NCBI RefSeq assembly: GCF_044647545.1
Contig: NZ_CP172818.1
Direction: 5' to 3' (one strand)
Origin: Escherichia coli
Lineage (GTDB): Bacteria; Pseudomonadota; Gammaproteobacteria; Enterobacterales; Enterobacteriaceae
DNA: 64,000 bases
Shown: positions 1-9,717 of the stretch, piece after piece
Layout: the number at the start of each line of letters is the position of its first letter
Numbering within the stretch: position 1 is the first letter of the stretch
Made by a program: the position numbers and the translations under genes
The notes under the pieces: generated by a model
Seen by the model: only the letters and a program-made list of their open reading frames with translations
Databases searched by the model: none
What the model was told of the DNA's origin: nothing

Positions 1-1249
1 TTCTGATTATCTGGCAAAAGCGAAATTGACACCGTATCTCGATGAACTGGGGTTTAACCTTGTGGGATACGGTTGTACCACCTGTATTGGTAACTCTGGT
101 CCATTGCCCGATCCTATCGAAACGGCAATCAAAAAAGGCGATTTAACCGTCGGTGCGGTGCTGTCCGGCAACCGTAACTTTGAAGGCCGTATCCATCCGC
201 TGGTTAAAACTAACTGGCTGGCCTCGCCGCCGCTGGTGGTTGCCTATGCGCTGGCGGGAAATATGAATATTAACCTCGCATCTGAGCCTATCGGCCATGA
301 TCGCAAAGGCGATCCGGTATATCTGAAAGATATCTGGCCATCGGCACAAGAAATTGCCCGTGCGGTAGAACAAGTCTCCACAGAAATGTTCCGTAAAGAG
401 TACGCAGAAGTTTTTGAAGGCACAGCAGAGTGGAAGGAAATTAACGTCGCACGATCCGATACCTACGGTTGGCAGGAGGATTCAACCTATATTCGCTTAT
501 CGCCTTTCTTTGATGAAATGCAGGCAACACCAGCACCTGTGGAAGATATTCACGGTGCGCGGATCCTCGCAATGCTGGGGGATTCAGTCACCACTGACCA
601 TATCTCTCCGGCGGGCAGTATTAAGCCCGACAGCCCAGCGGGGCGATATCTACAAGGTCGGGGTGTTGAGCGCAAAGACTTTAACTCCTACGGTTCGCGG
701 CGTGGTAACCATGAAGTGATGATGCGCGGCACCTTCGCCAATATTCGCATCCGTAATGAAATGGTGCCTGGCGTTGAAGGGGGGATGACGCGGCATTTAC
801 CTGACAGCGACGTAGTCTCTATTTATGATGCTGCGATGCGCTATAAGCAGGAACAAACGCCGCTGGCGGTGATTGCCGGGAAAGAGTATGGATCAGGCTC
901 CAGCCGTGACTGGGCGGCAAAAGGTCCTCGTCTGCTTGGAATTCGTGTGGTGATTGCCGAATCGTTTGAACGAATTCACCGTTCGAATTTAATTGGCATG
1001 GGCATCCTGCCGCTGGAATTTCCGCAAGGCGTAACGCGTAAAACGTTAGGGCTAACCGGGGAAGAGAAGATTGATATTGGCGATCTGCAAAATTTACAGC
1101 CCGGTGCGACGGTTCCGGTGACGCTTACGCGCGCGGATGGTAGCCAGGAAGTCGTACCCTGCCGTTGTCGTATCGACACCGCGACGGAGTTGACCTACTA
1201 CCAGAACGACGGCATTTTGCATTATGTCATTCGTAATATGTTGAAGTAA
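1..1249 (+). CDS. acnA: Aconitate hydratase A, C-terminal part (5' end lies outside the window)
   Basis: ORF 26..1249 translation recognised as aconitase C-terminal domain (GSSRDWAAKG, ESFERIHRSNL); reading frame is open back to the window edge. Confidence 0.93.
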   Translation, partial: SDYLAKAKLTPYLDELGFNLVGYGCTTCIGNSGPLPDPIETAIKKGDLTVGAVLSGNRNFEGRIHPLVKTNWLASPPLVVAYALAGNMNINLASEPIGHDRKGDPVYLKDIWPSAQEIARAVEQVSTEMFRKEYAEVFEGTAEWKEINVARSDTYGWQEDSTYIRLSPFFDEMQATPAPVEDIHGARILAMLGDSVTTDHISPAGSIKPDSPAGRYLQGRGVERKDFNSYGSRRGNHEVMMRGTFANIRIRNEMVPGVEGGMTRHLPDSDVVSIYDAAMRYKQEQTPLAVIAGKEYGSGSSRDWAAKGPRLLGIRVVIAESFERIHRSNLIGMGILPLEFPQGVTRKTLGLTGEEKIDIGDLQNLQPGATVPVTLTRADGSQEVVPCRCRIDTATELTYYQNDGILHYVIRNMLK

Positions 1250-1254
1250 CGAGT

Positions 1255-1291
1255 ATTTGCTTGCCGGTTATTTTGCTTCCGGCAAGCAAAT
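1255..1291. terminator. Hairpin between convergent acnA and ribA (possible bidirectional terminator)
   Basis: Perfect inverted repeat ATTTGCTTGCCGG / CCGGCAAGCAAAT with an 11-nt T-rich loop, directly after the acnA stop. Confidence 0.6.
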
Positions 1292-1312
1292 TAATTACAC
1301 AATGCAAGAGGG

Positions 1313-1903
1313 TTATTTGTTCAGCAAATGACCCATTTTCTCGGCTTTGGTATCGAGATAATGTTCGTTATTGGGGTTACGACCTACAATCAACGGTACG
1401 CGTTCAACAATATTAATCCCTGCTTCGGTCAGAATTTCGACTTTTTTCGGGTTGTTGGTTAACAAGCGGACTTCATTGACGCCAAGGAGTTTGAACATAT
1501 CAGCGCAAAGAGTGAAGTCGCGCTCATCAGCGGCGAAGCCTAACTGGTGGTTAGCCTCTACAGTATCGTAACCTTGATCCTGCAGTGCATAAGCGCGGAT
1601 TTTATTCAGCAGACCAATGTTACGACCTTCCTGACGGTGATACAGCAAAATACCACGGCCTTCTTCGGCAATTTGCGTCAGTGCCGCTTCGAGCTGGAAG
1701 CCACAATCGCAGCGCAAGCTGAACAGGGCGTCACCGGTCAGACATTCGGAATGGACGCGCGCAAGTACCGGGGTATGCCCGGAAATATCGCCATAGACTA
1801 GCGCGACATGATCGTGTCCGGTTGCCAGTTCTTCAAATCCCACCATCAGGAAATCGCCCCATGGGGTTGGCAGTTTGGCTTCTGCCACACGTTTAAGCTG
1901 CAT
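1313..1903 (-). CDS. ribA: GTP cyclohydrolase II
   Basis: ORF 1313..1966; internal Met start gives 196 aa [18 protein letters not shown]...; GGAG Shine-Dalgarno upstream of the ATG at 1903. Confidence 0.95.
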
Positions 1904-2072
1904 GAAATTCTCCAGATAATGCTGGTTCTGTATTGGCTTATTTTGCCATAACGAGAAGGGGTTCACCTAATCACGACGCGTCGATCGTTCACGGAATGGC
2001 ACAAATCTGTCAATTTTTCCTGGAACTGGCATTTTCAGTTATGATTGTGGGACTTATCAAAAAGGAGAGGCC

Positions 2073-2837
2073 ATGCGTTCGATTGCCAGACGTACCGCAG
2101 TGGGAACTGCACTATTGCTTGTTATGCCAGTAGCCGTATGGATTTCTGGCTGGCGTTGGCAACCTGGAGAACAAAGTTGGTTACTAAAAGCGGCTTTTTG
2201 GGTTACTGAAACTGTCACCCAGCCCTGGGGCGTCATTACACATTTGATTTTATTCGGCTGGTTTCTCTGGTGTCTGCGTTTTCGCATTAAGGCTGCCATT
2301 ATGTTATTTGCCATTCTGGCGGCGGCAATTCTTGTGGGACAAGGCGTTAAATCCTGGATCAAAGACAAAGTCCAGGAACCACGACCTTTTGTTATCTGGC
2401 TGGAAAAAACACATCATATTCCGGTTGATGAGTTCTACACTTTAAAGCGAGCAGAACGCGGAAATCTGGTGAAAGAACAGTTGGCTGAAGAGAAAAATAT
2501 CCCACAATATTTGCGTTCACACTGGCAGAAAGAGACGGGGTTTGCTTTTCCTTCCGGTCACACGATGTTTGCTGCCAGTTGGGCACTGCTGGCCGTTGGT
2601 TTGCTGTGGCCGCGTCGGCGAACGTTAACCATTGCTATCTTGTTGGTCTGGGCAACGGGAGTCATGGGAAGCCGCCTGCTGCTCGGGATGCATTGGCCAC
2701 GCGATCTGGTGGTAGCTACGTTGATTTCGTGGGCGCTGGTGGCGGTGGCAACGTGGCTTGCGCAACGAATTTGTGGGCCATTAACACCACCTGCGGAAGA
2801 AAATCGCGAAATTGCACAACGAGAACAAGAAAGTTAA
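2073..2837 (+). CDS. pgpB: Phosphatidylglycerophosphatase B (PAP2 family membrane phosphatase)
   Basis: 254-aa ORF, multi-pass membrane protein with PAP2 motifs (PSGHT, MHWPRD). Confidence 0.95.
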   Translation: MRSIARRTAVGTALLLVMPVAVWISGWRWQPGEQSWLLKAAFWVTETVTQPWGVITHLILFGWFLWCLRFRIKAAIMLFAILAAAILVGQGVKSWIKDKVQEPRPFVIWLEKTHHIPVDEFYTLKRAERGNLVKEQLAEEKNIPQYLRSHWQKETGFAFPSGHTMFAASWALLAVGLLWPRRRTLTIAILLVWATGVMGSRLLLGMHWPRDLVVATLISWALVAVATWLAQRICGPLTPPAEENREIAQREQES

Positions 2838-2985
2838 CGCTGGTTGATTTTCCGAATTTAGCCCTTAAATCATCAACAATACGCGTGGATGCCATTTCGC
2901 AGACGGCGCGAAAATGGTACTTTAAAGGGCTATTGCGGTAAGTTGACCATAATTTATTCGCTCTAACCACATAACGGGAAGTAAT

Positions 2986-3294
2986 GTGAAATATTTACTC
3001 ATTTTCTTACTGGTGTTAGCGATCTTCGTGATTTCGGTTACGTTAGGTGCGCAGAACGATCAACAGGTGACGTTTAATTATCTGTTAGCGCAAGGGGAGT
3101 ACCGTATTTCCACATTGCTGGCGGTATTGTTTGCTGCGGGGTTTGCTATCGGTTGGCTGATTTGCGGCCTTTTCTGGCTGCGAGTTCGTGTTTCCCTGGC
3201 GCGCGCTGAACGTAAAATAAAGCGACTGGAAAACCAGCTTTCACCCGCGACTGACGTGGCTGTAGCGCCGCACTCGTCTGCGTCGAAGGAATAA
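2986..3294 (+). CDS. lapA: LPS assembly protein LapA (YciS)
   Basis: 102-aa ORF with GTG start and two TM helices; immediately upstream of lapB. Confidence 0.9.
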   Translation: MKYLLIFLLVLAIFVISVTLGAQNDQQVTFNYLLAQGEYRISTLLAVLFAAGFAIGWLICGLFWLRVRVSLARAERKIKRLENQLSPATDVAVAPHSSASKE

Positions 3295-3300
3295 CTTTCT

Positions 3301-4470
3301 ATGCTGGAGTTGTTGTTTCTGCTTTTGCCTGTAGCCGCTGCCTATGGCTGGTATATGGGCCGCAGAAGTGCGCAACAAAACAAGCAAGATGAAGCCAACC
3401 GCTTGTCGCGTGATTACGTAGCGGGGGTTAACTTCCTGCTTAGTAATCAACAGGATAAAGCGGTAGACCTGTTTCTCGATATGCTTAAAGAGGATACAGG
3501 TACCGTTGAAGCCCACCTTACGCTCGGAAACCTGTTCCGTTCGCGTGGCGAAGTTGATCGCGCTATTCGCATCCATCAGACCCTAATGGAAAGCGCCTCG
3601 CTGACCTATGAACAGCGGCTTTTGGCGATTCAACAACTGGGGCGTGATTACATGGCTGCCGGGTTATACGACCGCGCGGAAGACATGTTCAATCAGCTGA
3701 CAGATGAAACTGACTTCCGCATTGGCGCGCTGCAACAGTTGCTACAAATCTACCAGGCTACCAGCGAGTGGCAGAAAGCAATTGATGTTGCCGAACGCCT
3801 GGTGAAGCTGGGTAAAGATAAACAGCGCGTCGAAATTGCCCATTTCTACTGTGAGTTAGCTCTGCAGCATATGGCCAGCGACGATCTCGATCGTGCCATG
3901 ACTTTGCTAAAAAAAGGTGCGGCGGCAGATAAAAACAGCGCCCGCGTATCCATCATGATGGGACGCGTGTTTATGGCGAAAGGAGAATACGCCAAAGCCG
4001 TCGAAAGTTTGCAACGTGTCATATCCCAGGACAGAGAACTGGTCAGCGAAACGCTGGAAATGCTGCAAACCTGCTACCAGCAGTTGGGTAAAACTGCCGA
4101 ATGGGCAGAGTTCCTGCAGCGCGCGGTGGAAGAGAACACCGGTGCCGATGCTGAACTGATGCTTGCGGACATCATCGAAGCGCGCGACGGTAGTGAGGCC
4201 GCACAGGTCTATATTACGCGCCAGCTTCAGCGTCATCCGACCATGCGTGTGTTCCATAAGTTAATGGATTACCACTTAAATGAAGCAGAAGAAGGGCGTG
4301 CCAAAGAGAGTCTGATGGTGCTGCGTGACATGGTTGGCGAGAAGGTGCGTAGTAAGCCTCGTTATCGCTGCCAGAAATGTGGTTTTACCGCATACACTCT
4401 CTACTGGCATTGTCCGTCTTGTCGGGCCTGGTCAACCATTAAACCGATTCGCGGTCTTGATGGCCTGTAA
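3301..4470 (+). CDS. lapB: LPS assembly protein LapB (YciM), TPR repeats plus C-terminal rubredoxin-like Cys4 motif
   Basis: 389-aa ORF; N-terminal TM segment, TPR-like repeats, C-terminal CQKCGF...CPSCRAW zinc-finger. Confidence 0.95.
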   Translation: MLELLFLLLPVAAAYGWYMGRRSAQQNKQDEANRLSRDYVAGVNFLLSNQQDKAVDLFLDMLKEDTGTVEAHLTLGNLFRSRGEVDRAIRIHQTLMESASLTYEQRLLAIQQLGRDYMAAGLYDRAEDMFNQLTDETDFRIGALQQLLQIYQATSEWQKAIDVAERLVKLGKDKQRVEIAHFYCELALQHMASDDLDRAMTLLKKGAAADKNSARVSIMMGRVFMAKGEYAKAVESLQRVISQDRELVSETLEMLQTCYQQLGKTAEWAEFLQRAVEENTGADAELMLADIIEARDGSEAAQVYITRQLQRHPTMRVFHKLMDYHLNEAEEGRAKESLMVLRDMVGEKVRSKPRYRCQKCGFTAYTLYWHCPSCRAWSTIKPIRGLDGL

Positions 4471-4661
4471 TTTTTAAAAAAATCCGACTTTAGTTACAAC
4501 ATACTAATTATTGATGTTCTATTGTGCTCCGGCACCGACGGCGCGGAAAAGCCTGCCAGAGGAGAAATCGCAACTGTTAATTTTTTATTTCCACGGGTAG
4601 AATGCTCGCCGTTTACCTGTTTCGCGCCACTTCCGGTGCCCATCATCAAGAAGGTCTGGTC

Positions 4662-5399
4662 ATGACGTTAACTGCTTCATCTTCTTCCCGCGCTGTTACG
4701 AATTCTCCTGTGGTTGTTGCCCTTGATTATCATAATCGTGATGCCGCGCTGGCCTTTGTCGACAAGATCGACCCACGCGATTGTCGTCTGAAAGTCGGCA
4801 AAGAGATGTTTACGCTGTTTGGACCTCAATTTGTACGCGAACTTCAACAGCGTGGTTTTGATATCTTCCTCGACCTGAAATTTCACGATATTCCCAACAC
4901 TGCAGCGCACGCTGTCGCTGCTGCAGCTGACTTAGGCGTGTGGATGGTGAATGTTCACGCCTCCGGTGGGGCGCGTATGATGACCGCAGCGCGTGAGGCA
5001 CTGGTTCCGTTTGGCAAAGATGCACCGCTTTTGATTGCTGTGACAGTATTGACCAGCATGGAAGCCAGCGACCTGGCCGATCTTGGCGTGACACTGTCAC
5101 CTGCAGATTATGCAGAACGTCTGGCGGCACTGACGCAAAAATGTGGCCTTGATGGTGTGGTGTGTTCTGCTCAGGAAGCTGTGCGCTTTAAACAGGTATT
5201 CGGTCAGGCGTTCAAACTGGTTACACCGGGCATTCGTCCGCAGGGGAGTGAAGCAGGTGACCAGCGCCGCATTATGACGCCAGAACAGGCGTTGGCGGCT
5301 GGTGTTGATTATATGGTGATTGGTCGCCCGGTAACGCAATCGGTAGATCCAGCGCAGACGCTGAAAGCGATCAACGCCTCTTTACAGCGGAGTGCATGA
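4662..5399 (+). CDS. pyrF: Orotidine-5'-phosphate decarboxylase
   Basis: ORF 4602..5399; start at internal ATG 4662 ([12 protein letters not shown]...) preceded by AAGAAGG SD; 245 aa. Confidence 0.95.
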   Translation: MTLTASSSSRAVTNSPVVVALDYHNRDAALAFVDKIDPRDCRLKVGKEMFTLFGPQFVRELQQRGFDIFLDLKFHDIPNTAAHAVAAAADLGVWMVNVHASGGARMMTAAREALVPFGKDAPLLIAVTVLTSMEASDLADLGVTLSPADYAERLAALTQKCGLDGVVCSAQEAVRFKQVFGQAFKLVTPGIRPQGSEAGDQRRIMTPEQALAAGVDYMVIGRPVTQSVDPAQTLKAINASLQRSA

Positions 5400-5725
5400 T
5401 GAGTGATTCCAACAGCCGTCTGGTCTACTCAACGGAAACCGGACGTATTGATGAGCCAAAAGCGGCCCCTGTACGCCCTAAAGGCGACGGTGTGGTGCGT
5501 ATTCAGCGTCAGACCAGTGGACGTAAAGGTAAGGGCGTTTGCCTGATTACCGGTGTCGATCTCGATGATGCCGAACTGACGAAACTGGCAGCGGAACTGA
5601 AGAAAAAATGCGGCTGCGGCGGAGCAGTTAAAGATGGAATTATTGAAATCCAGGGCGATAAGCGTGATTTATTAAAATCACTGCTTGAAGCGAAAGGGAT
5701 GAAGGTAAAACTCGCAGGCGGCTAA
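5399..5725 (+). CDS. yciH: SUI1/eIF1-family translation factor homologue YciH
   Basis: 108-aa [14 protein letters not shown]...; start overlaps the pyrF stop (ATGATGA), implying translational coupling. Confidence 0.93.
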   Translation: MSDSNSRLVYSTETGRIDEPKAAPVRPKGDGVVRIQRQTSGRKGKGVCLITGVDLDDAELTKLAAELKKKCGCGGAVKDGIIEIQGDKRDLLKSLLEAKGMKVKLAGG

Positions 5726-5730
5726 CATAA

Positions 5731-5756
5731 AAAGCCACGGATATATCCGTGGCTTT
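5731..5756. terminator. Hairpin between convergent yciH and osmB
   Basis: Perfect inverted repeat AAAGCCACGG-ATATAT-CCGTGGCTTT flanked by A/T runs on both sides. Confidence 0.7.
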
Positions 5757-5850
5757 CGAATATTTTACTGTGTGTATTATTCAGTTATTTCGTACTGAAC
5801 AGAATCAAGCGTATTATAATTGCGAGTCGATAATCGACATTTATTTACGA

Positions 5851-6069
5851 TTATTTACCGACCTGGTGACCAATAACACCACCGATGGCTGCACCACCTA
5901 ATGTACCCAACGTACTGCCATCGGTCAGTACTGCACCGCCTAATGCACCTGCGCCCGCGCCAATTGCGGTGTTACGGTCTCGTTTAGACCAGTTAGAACA
6001 GGCACTCAGAGACATTGCCAGGGTAATTGCCAGAACAGCCGCGGTCATTTTTTTGCTCGTTACAAACAT
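5851..6069 (-). CDS. osmB: Osmotically inducible lipoprotein OsmB
   Basis: 72-aa ORF with lipoprotein signal peptide (LSAC lipobox) and a Gly-rich body. Confidence 0.95.
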   Translation of the reverse strand: MFVTSKKMTAAVLAITLAMSLSACSNWSKRDRNTAIGAGAGALGGAVLTDGSTLGTLGGAAIGGVIGHQVGK

Positions 6070-6289
6070 AATACTCTCTCCTGAATTTATGATTCACGGA
6101 AGTAAGCTCTCTATAACTATAATAGCTAAGAATAAGCCTGGTGAAATTATTCCGTGAAATCCGCTCGCGCGCAGGGTTATATCACGCAGGTGATAATGAC
6201 TTCCTGTTATATCGCTGATAATAATTTTATATCTTGAGAGTGTTAATAACAGGTAAATAGTCTTAATTATCAACCAGGAATCATCTTAG

Positions 6290-6322
6290 AGCGGATGATT
6301 TGCCAAACTGCAAATCATCCGT
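6290..6322 (-). terminator. Hairpin downstream of yciT
   Basis: Perfect 12-bp inverted repeat CGGATGATTTGC / GCAAATCATCCG with 6-nt loop, 16 nt beyond the yciT stop. Confidence 0.55.
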
Positions 6323-6337
6323 AGAGAAGGGAAATGG

Positions 6338-7087
6338 TTAAATGTCAACGACGTGAACGGTGAGTTTACTGTGCTCAAGATGCATCAGATCGCTGGCGCG
6401 TATTTTCGAATCGGTAATCACGCGATTGAATCGCTCAACGGGGCCGATGGAGTATGAATGTACAGCACCAAATTTCGAGCTGTCAGTCAGGACTATCGCC
6501 TCGCACTCTTTTTCCAGCACGGCATTGACCACATCGGTACGCATCATATCGCGACCGGTAAACCCAGTTTCAGGTTGCCAGCCATCAATACCAATAAATG
6601 CTTTGCTGAAATGCACCTGTTGGATGCACTGGCGTGTCAATGGACCAACCATACTTTCGCTTTTTTTCTGGTACACGCCACCGAGCAAAATAACTTCACA
6701 AGGCGCGTCTTTCAGCAAATGCGCGATGTAGCTGCTGACCGTGATGATCGTGACATTTTTCTTCTGCTCGCCCAGAGTCCGGGCGAGCAGGGCATTGCTG
6801 CTGCCATTTTCGATAAAGATGGTTTCGCCCGGTTGAACCAGTGACGCGGCAAACTCGGCGAGTTCACGCTTCAGCGTATAGTTGCTCATCATACGAGTTT
6901 CGACGTCATCACTATCAAGCGATACTGCAAAGCCATGTGCACGGCGGAGGTAACTCAGTTTTTCGAGGGTGTTGAGATCCTGGCGAATGGTAACTTCAGA
7001 AACTCCAGTGGCTTTTGCCAGATCGGTTACGCTAACCTGACCCTGGTCAATGACCATCTGTAGAATAGTTTGTTGTCGGGAATTCAT
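6338..7087 (-). CDS. yciT: DeoR-family transcriptional regulator YciT
   Basis: 249-aa ORF; N-terminal HTH ([21 protein letters not shown]) and DeoR C-terminal sugar-binding-like domain. Confidence 0.92.
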   Translation of the reverse strand: MNSRQQTILQMVIDQGQVSVTDLAKATGVSEVTIRQDLNTLEKLSYLRRAHGFAVSLDSDDVETRMMSNYTLKRELAEFAASLVQPGETIFIENGSSNALLARTLGEQKKNVTIITVSSYIAHLLKDAPCEVILLGGVYQKKSESMVGPLTRQCIQQVHFSKAFIGIDGWQPETGFTGRDMMRTDVVNAVLEKECEAIVLTDSSKFGAVHSYSIGPVERFNRVITDSKIRASDLMHLEHSKLTVHVVDI

Positions 7088-7176
7088 CGCTGTAATTCTT
7101 ATAACGTTATAATACTAAATAAAAAAATACTGACGCGCCGGGCATCCTCAAATAGGAAAACCTGAAGGCACGATTG

Positions 7177-7350
7177 TTAAATCTCCCACGGTGCCTTCGG
7201 GATGTCTGGCGTAGATTCAGCAACCTGGCGCAAGAGTTCTGCTTTAAGTATCTCGAGATTATGGACCGCAGAGTGGTAATCGCCTGCCACAAGGATATCT
7301 AACACAATATCAATACGTTCGGCAACGCGCTGGGCATCAAATTCAGACAT
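7177..7350 (-). CDS. yciZ: Small protein YciZ (UPF0509), function unknown
   Basis: ORF 7177..7392; internal Met start gives 57 aa [18 protein letters not shown]... Confidence 0.8.
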   Translation of the reverse strand: MSEFDAQRVAERIDIVLDILVAGDYHSAVHNLEILKAELLRQVAESTPDIPKAPWEI

Positions 7351-7496
7351 CAAGGACATCCTTATAGCAAAAGTGGAAAAGGAATAATGCAAAAATTGCC
7401 GCTAAAAGAGAAGTGTTTAACAGCAACGGCTAATTATCATCCAGTAATACGATATATAATGACGGAATATATCGCTAAGTATATATATTCATCTAC

Positions 7497-9482
7497 TTAT
7501 GCGCGCTTCAGATAGCGTTTATACCAGCGTTCGAAGGCGACGGCGGGCATCGGTTTGGCAAACAAAAATCCTTGCCGCTCATTGATCCCGTTCTTGGTTA
7601 AAAAAGCATCTTCCTTTTTACTCTCCACACCTTCAGCGATCACCTGAAGATTCAATGCCTGTGCCACAGCAACGATCGCCCGGACCAGTGACTGCGAGAC
7701 AGGCTGTTTGTGAATATCCCGAACAAAAACCTGGTCAAGTTTGATGGCATCGATCGGAAAGCGCGCCAGTTGCGAAAGTGAAGAGTAGCCGGTACCAAAA
7801 TCGTCCAGATGCACTTGCGCACCTAGTTGGCTAAATTGTTGAATAACAGACAGTGCAAGTTCATCATTCTCAATCAGGCAGCTCTCCGTCAGTTCAACAT
7901 CAATAGGGCAGTATTCAAAATTGAGTTCCTGGAGAACCTGTTTCAGGGCGGTGAAAATGGTTTGATCGGCGAGCTGACGTGCAGAAATGTTTACCGCCAC
8001 TCGCAGGTTAATACCTTTATCCCGCCACTTTGCCACCTGGCGTACGACATCGAGAATCACCCAACGGCCTAAAGGCACAATTAGCCCTGACTCTTCGGCG
8101 TAGGAAATGAAGTCCAACGGTGGAATCAACCCACGTTCAGGTGACTGCCAACGTACTAGTGCTTCCAGACTGCGCACTTCGCCACGCCAGGTGATTTTCG
8201 GTTGATAGTGAATAACCAACTGATCGTTTTCCAGTGCTTTACGCAAGTTGGTATCCAGCCAGAGATATTCAAATACCCGCTGATTCATTTCTGGAGTAAA
8301 AACGCAAAATTGTCCTCGTCCGCCTTCCTTCGCTGTGTACATTGCTGTGTCGGCGTGACGAATAATAGCCGCGCTGTCCGAACCATGTTCGGGAGAGAGT
8401 GAAATACCCACTGAACAGCTGGTATAAACTTCAATTAAACCAATGCGGAAGGGGAGTCGTAAGCGGGTCAAAATTCGTGATGCCATTGCTTCCAGCGCGC
8501 TTTGTGAGGTATTGGATGCCAGTACCAGAAACTCATCGCCACCTGGACGCGCCAACACCTGATCATGTTCGAGACAGCTTAAAATGGCCAATGACACGTC
8601 GCGTAATAACTGGTCACCAAATAAATGCCCATAGGCGTCGTTGACCTTTTTAAAATTATCCAAATCAAGATACACAACCCCAACTTTATTGTTATCTGCC
8701 TGATTAATAGCGTGATCGATTAACTCCTGCATTGCGTTACGATTCGGCAGTCCGGTGATACTGTCGGTATTTGCCAGAATACGCAGTCGCTCCTGAGCGC
8801 GGCGCTCTTCGGTAATGTCGGTGCCGGAACAGATTAAAAAAATCTCGTTCTTGCCACTGCCGCTGTGGACAAATTTATTGCGAAACAGAAACAGCCGCTG
8901 GCCTTTACGTGTTGGTATCCACAGTTCGACTTCATATGCATTGCCGCTTCGAAAAAATACACGGTTATTGCGCCTGGATGCCGCAGCTTCACGACGGCTC
9001 ATAAACAGTTTAAACACGCTTTGGCCAATGACGTCGTGTTCTTTCAACCCAGTGTAATCTTCACATAACCGATTGAAGCGTTGGATATTCCCCCGGCTGT
9101 CGAGAATCACTATTGCGGAATGTGCTTCAGAAACTACCTGCTCAGCAAAGGAAAGCCCGTGTGATAAATCACGAGCAACTGCCGGTGTGTCATGCCATGC
9201 AGACGCGTTGCCAGCCCATTCCCGTTTATTGATTTTTCGTCCTACCAGATGCACAGAAAGATCGCTTTCATCGACGGTCAGACTCATCATCAGGCTGGAG
9301 GTGATGACCGTCATTTCCCTGATGCGAGCAGCCTGTTCGGCAGATAACTGCAAAGTACGATCAGGTTCTGTGGTTTCGGTGGTAGAAAAGCGCAAAACAT
9401 CGCTGCTTTCCGTTAACCGCCAGTATGGATTGTGCGATCCGAGAAAGTTGTACAACGTTGTGGACTCCCTAACGGTTTTCAT
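7497..9482 (-). CDS. pdeR: c-di-GMP phosphodiesterase PdeR (YciR/Gmr), PAS-GGDEF-EAL
   Basis: 661-aa ORF with PAS region, GGDEF domain (RPGGDEF) and EAL domain (QPKI..., DDFGTGYSSL). Confidence 0.95.
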   Translation of the reverse strand: MKTVRESTTLYNFLGSHNPYWRLTESSDVLRFSTTETTEPDRTLQLSAEQAARIREMTVITSSLMMSLTVDESDLSVHLVGRKINKREWAGNASAWHDTPAVARDLSHGLSFAEQVVSEAHSAIVILDSRGNIQRFNRLCEDYTGLKEHDVIGQSVFKLFMSRREAAASRRNNRVFFRSGNAYEVELWIPTRKGQRLFLFRNKFVHSGSGKNEIFLICSGTDITEERRAQERLRILANTDSITGLPNRNAMQELIDHAINQADNNKVGVVYLDLDNFKKVNDAYGHLFGDQLLRDVSLAILSCLEHDQVLARPGGDEFLVLASNTSQSALEAMASRILTRLRLPFRIGLIEVYTSCSVGISLSPEHGSDSAAIIRHADTAMYTAKEGGRGQFCVFTPEMNQRVFEYLWLDTNLRKALENDQLVIHYQPKITWRGEVRSLEALVRWQSPERGLIPPLDFISYAEESGLIVPLGRWVILDVVRQVAKWRDKGINLRVAVNISARQLADQTIFTALKQVLQELNFEYCPIDVELTESCLIENDELALSVIQQFSQLGAQVHLDDFGTGYSSLSQLARFPIDAIKLDQVFVRDIHKQPVSQSLVRAIVAVAQALNLQVIAEGVESKKEDAFLTKNGINERQGFLFAKPMPAVAFERWYKRYLKRA

Positions 9483-9681
9483 GATGCATATCCTCCGGTT
9501 AACAGCGGAGTCCGCGGTTAAATAAAAGGAACAACATGACTTACATGAAATTAACGGCGGCTAAACGCATTGTTTTTTTTATATATTTATTTGTAATCCA
9601 GTTTTGGAAAAACGCCAGTTTTCAAACGAAAGTCAGTTAAAAAATCTGCCGGGATATGACGAAGGTGGAGCGGGGAAATAA

Positions 9682-9708
9682 ACGGCCCATTCATGAGGAA
9701 TGGGCCGT
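9682..9708 (-). terminator. Hairpin downstream of rnb
   Basis: Perfect 10-bp inverted repeat ACGGCCCATT / AATGGGCCGT with 7-nt loop, 10 nt after the rnb stop. Confidence 0.6.
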
Positions 9709-9717
9709 GAAAGGAGA

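Noticed and set aside
9598-9622. Direct repeat CCAGTTTT-N9-CCAGTTTT in the pdeR-rnb spacer
   Set aside because: Two 8-nt copies in an A/T-rich promoter region are within chance expectation; noted only as a weak candidate operator.
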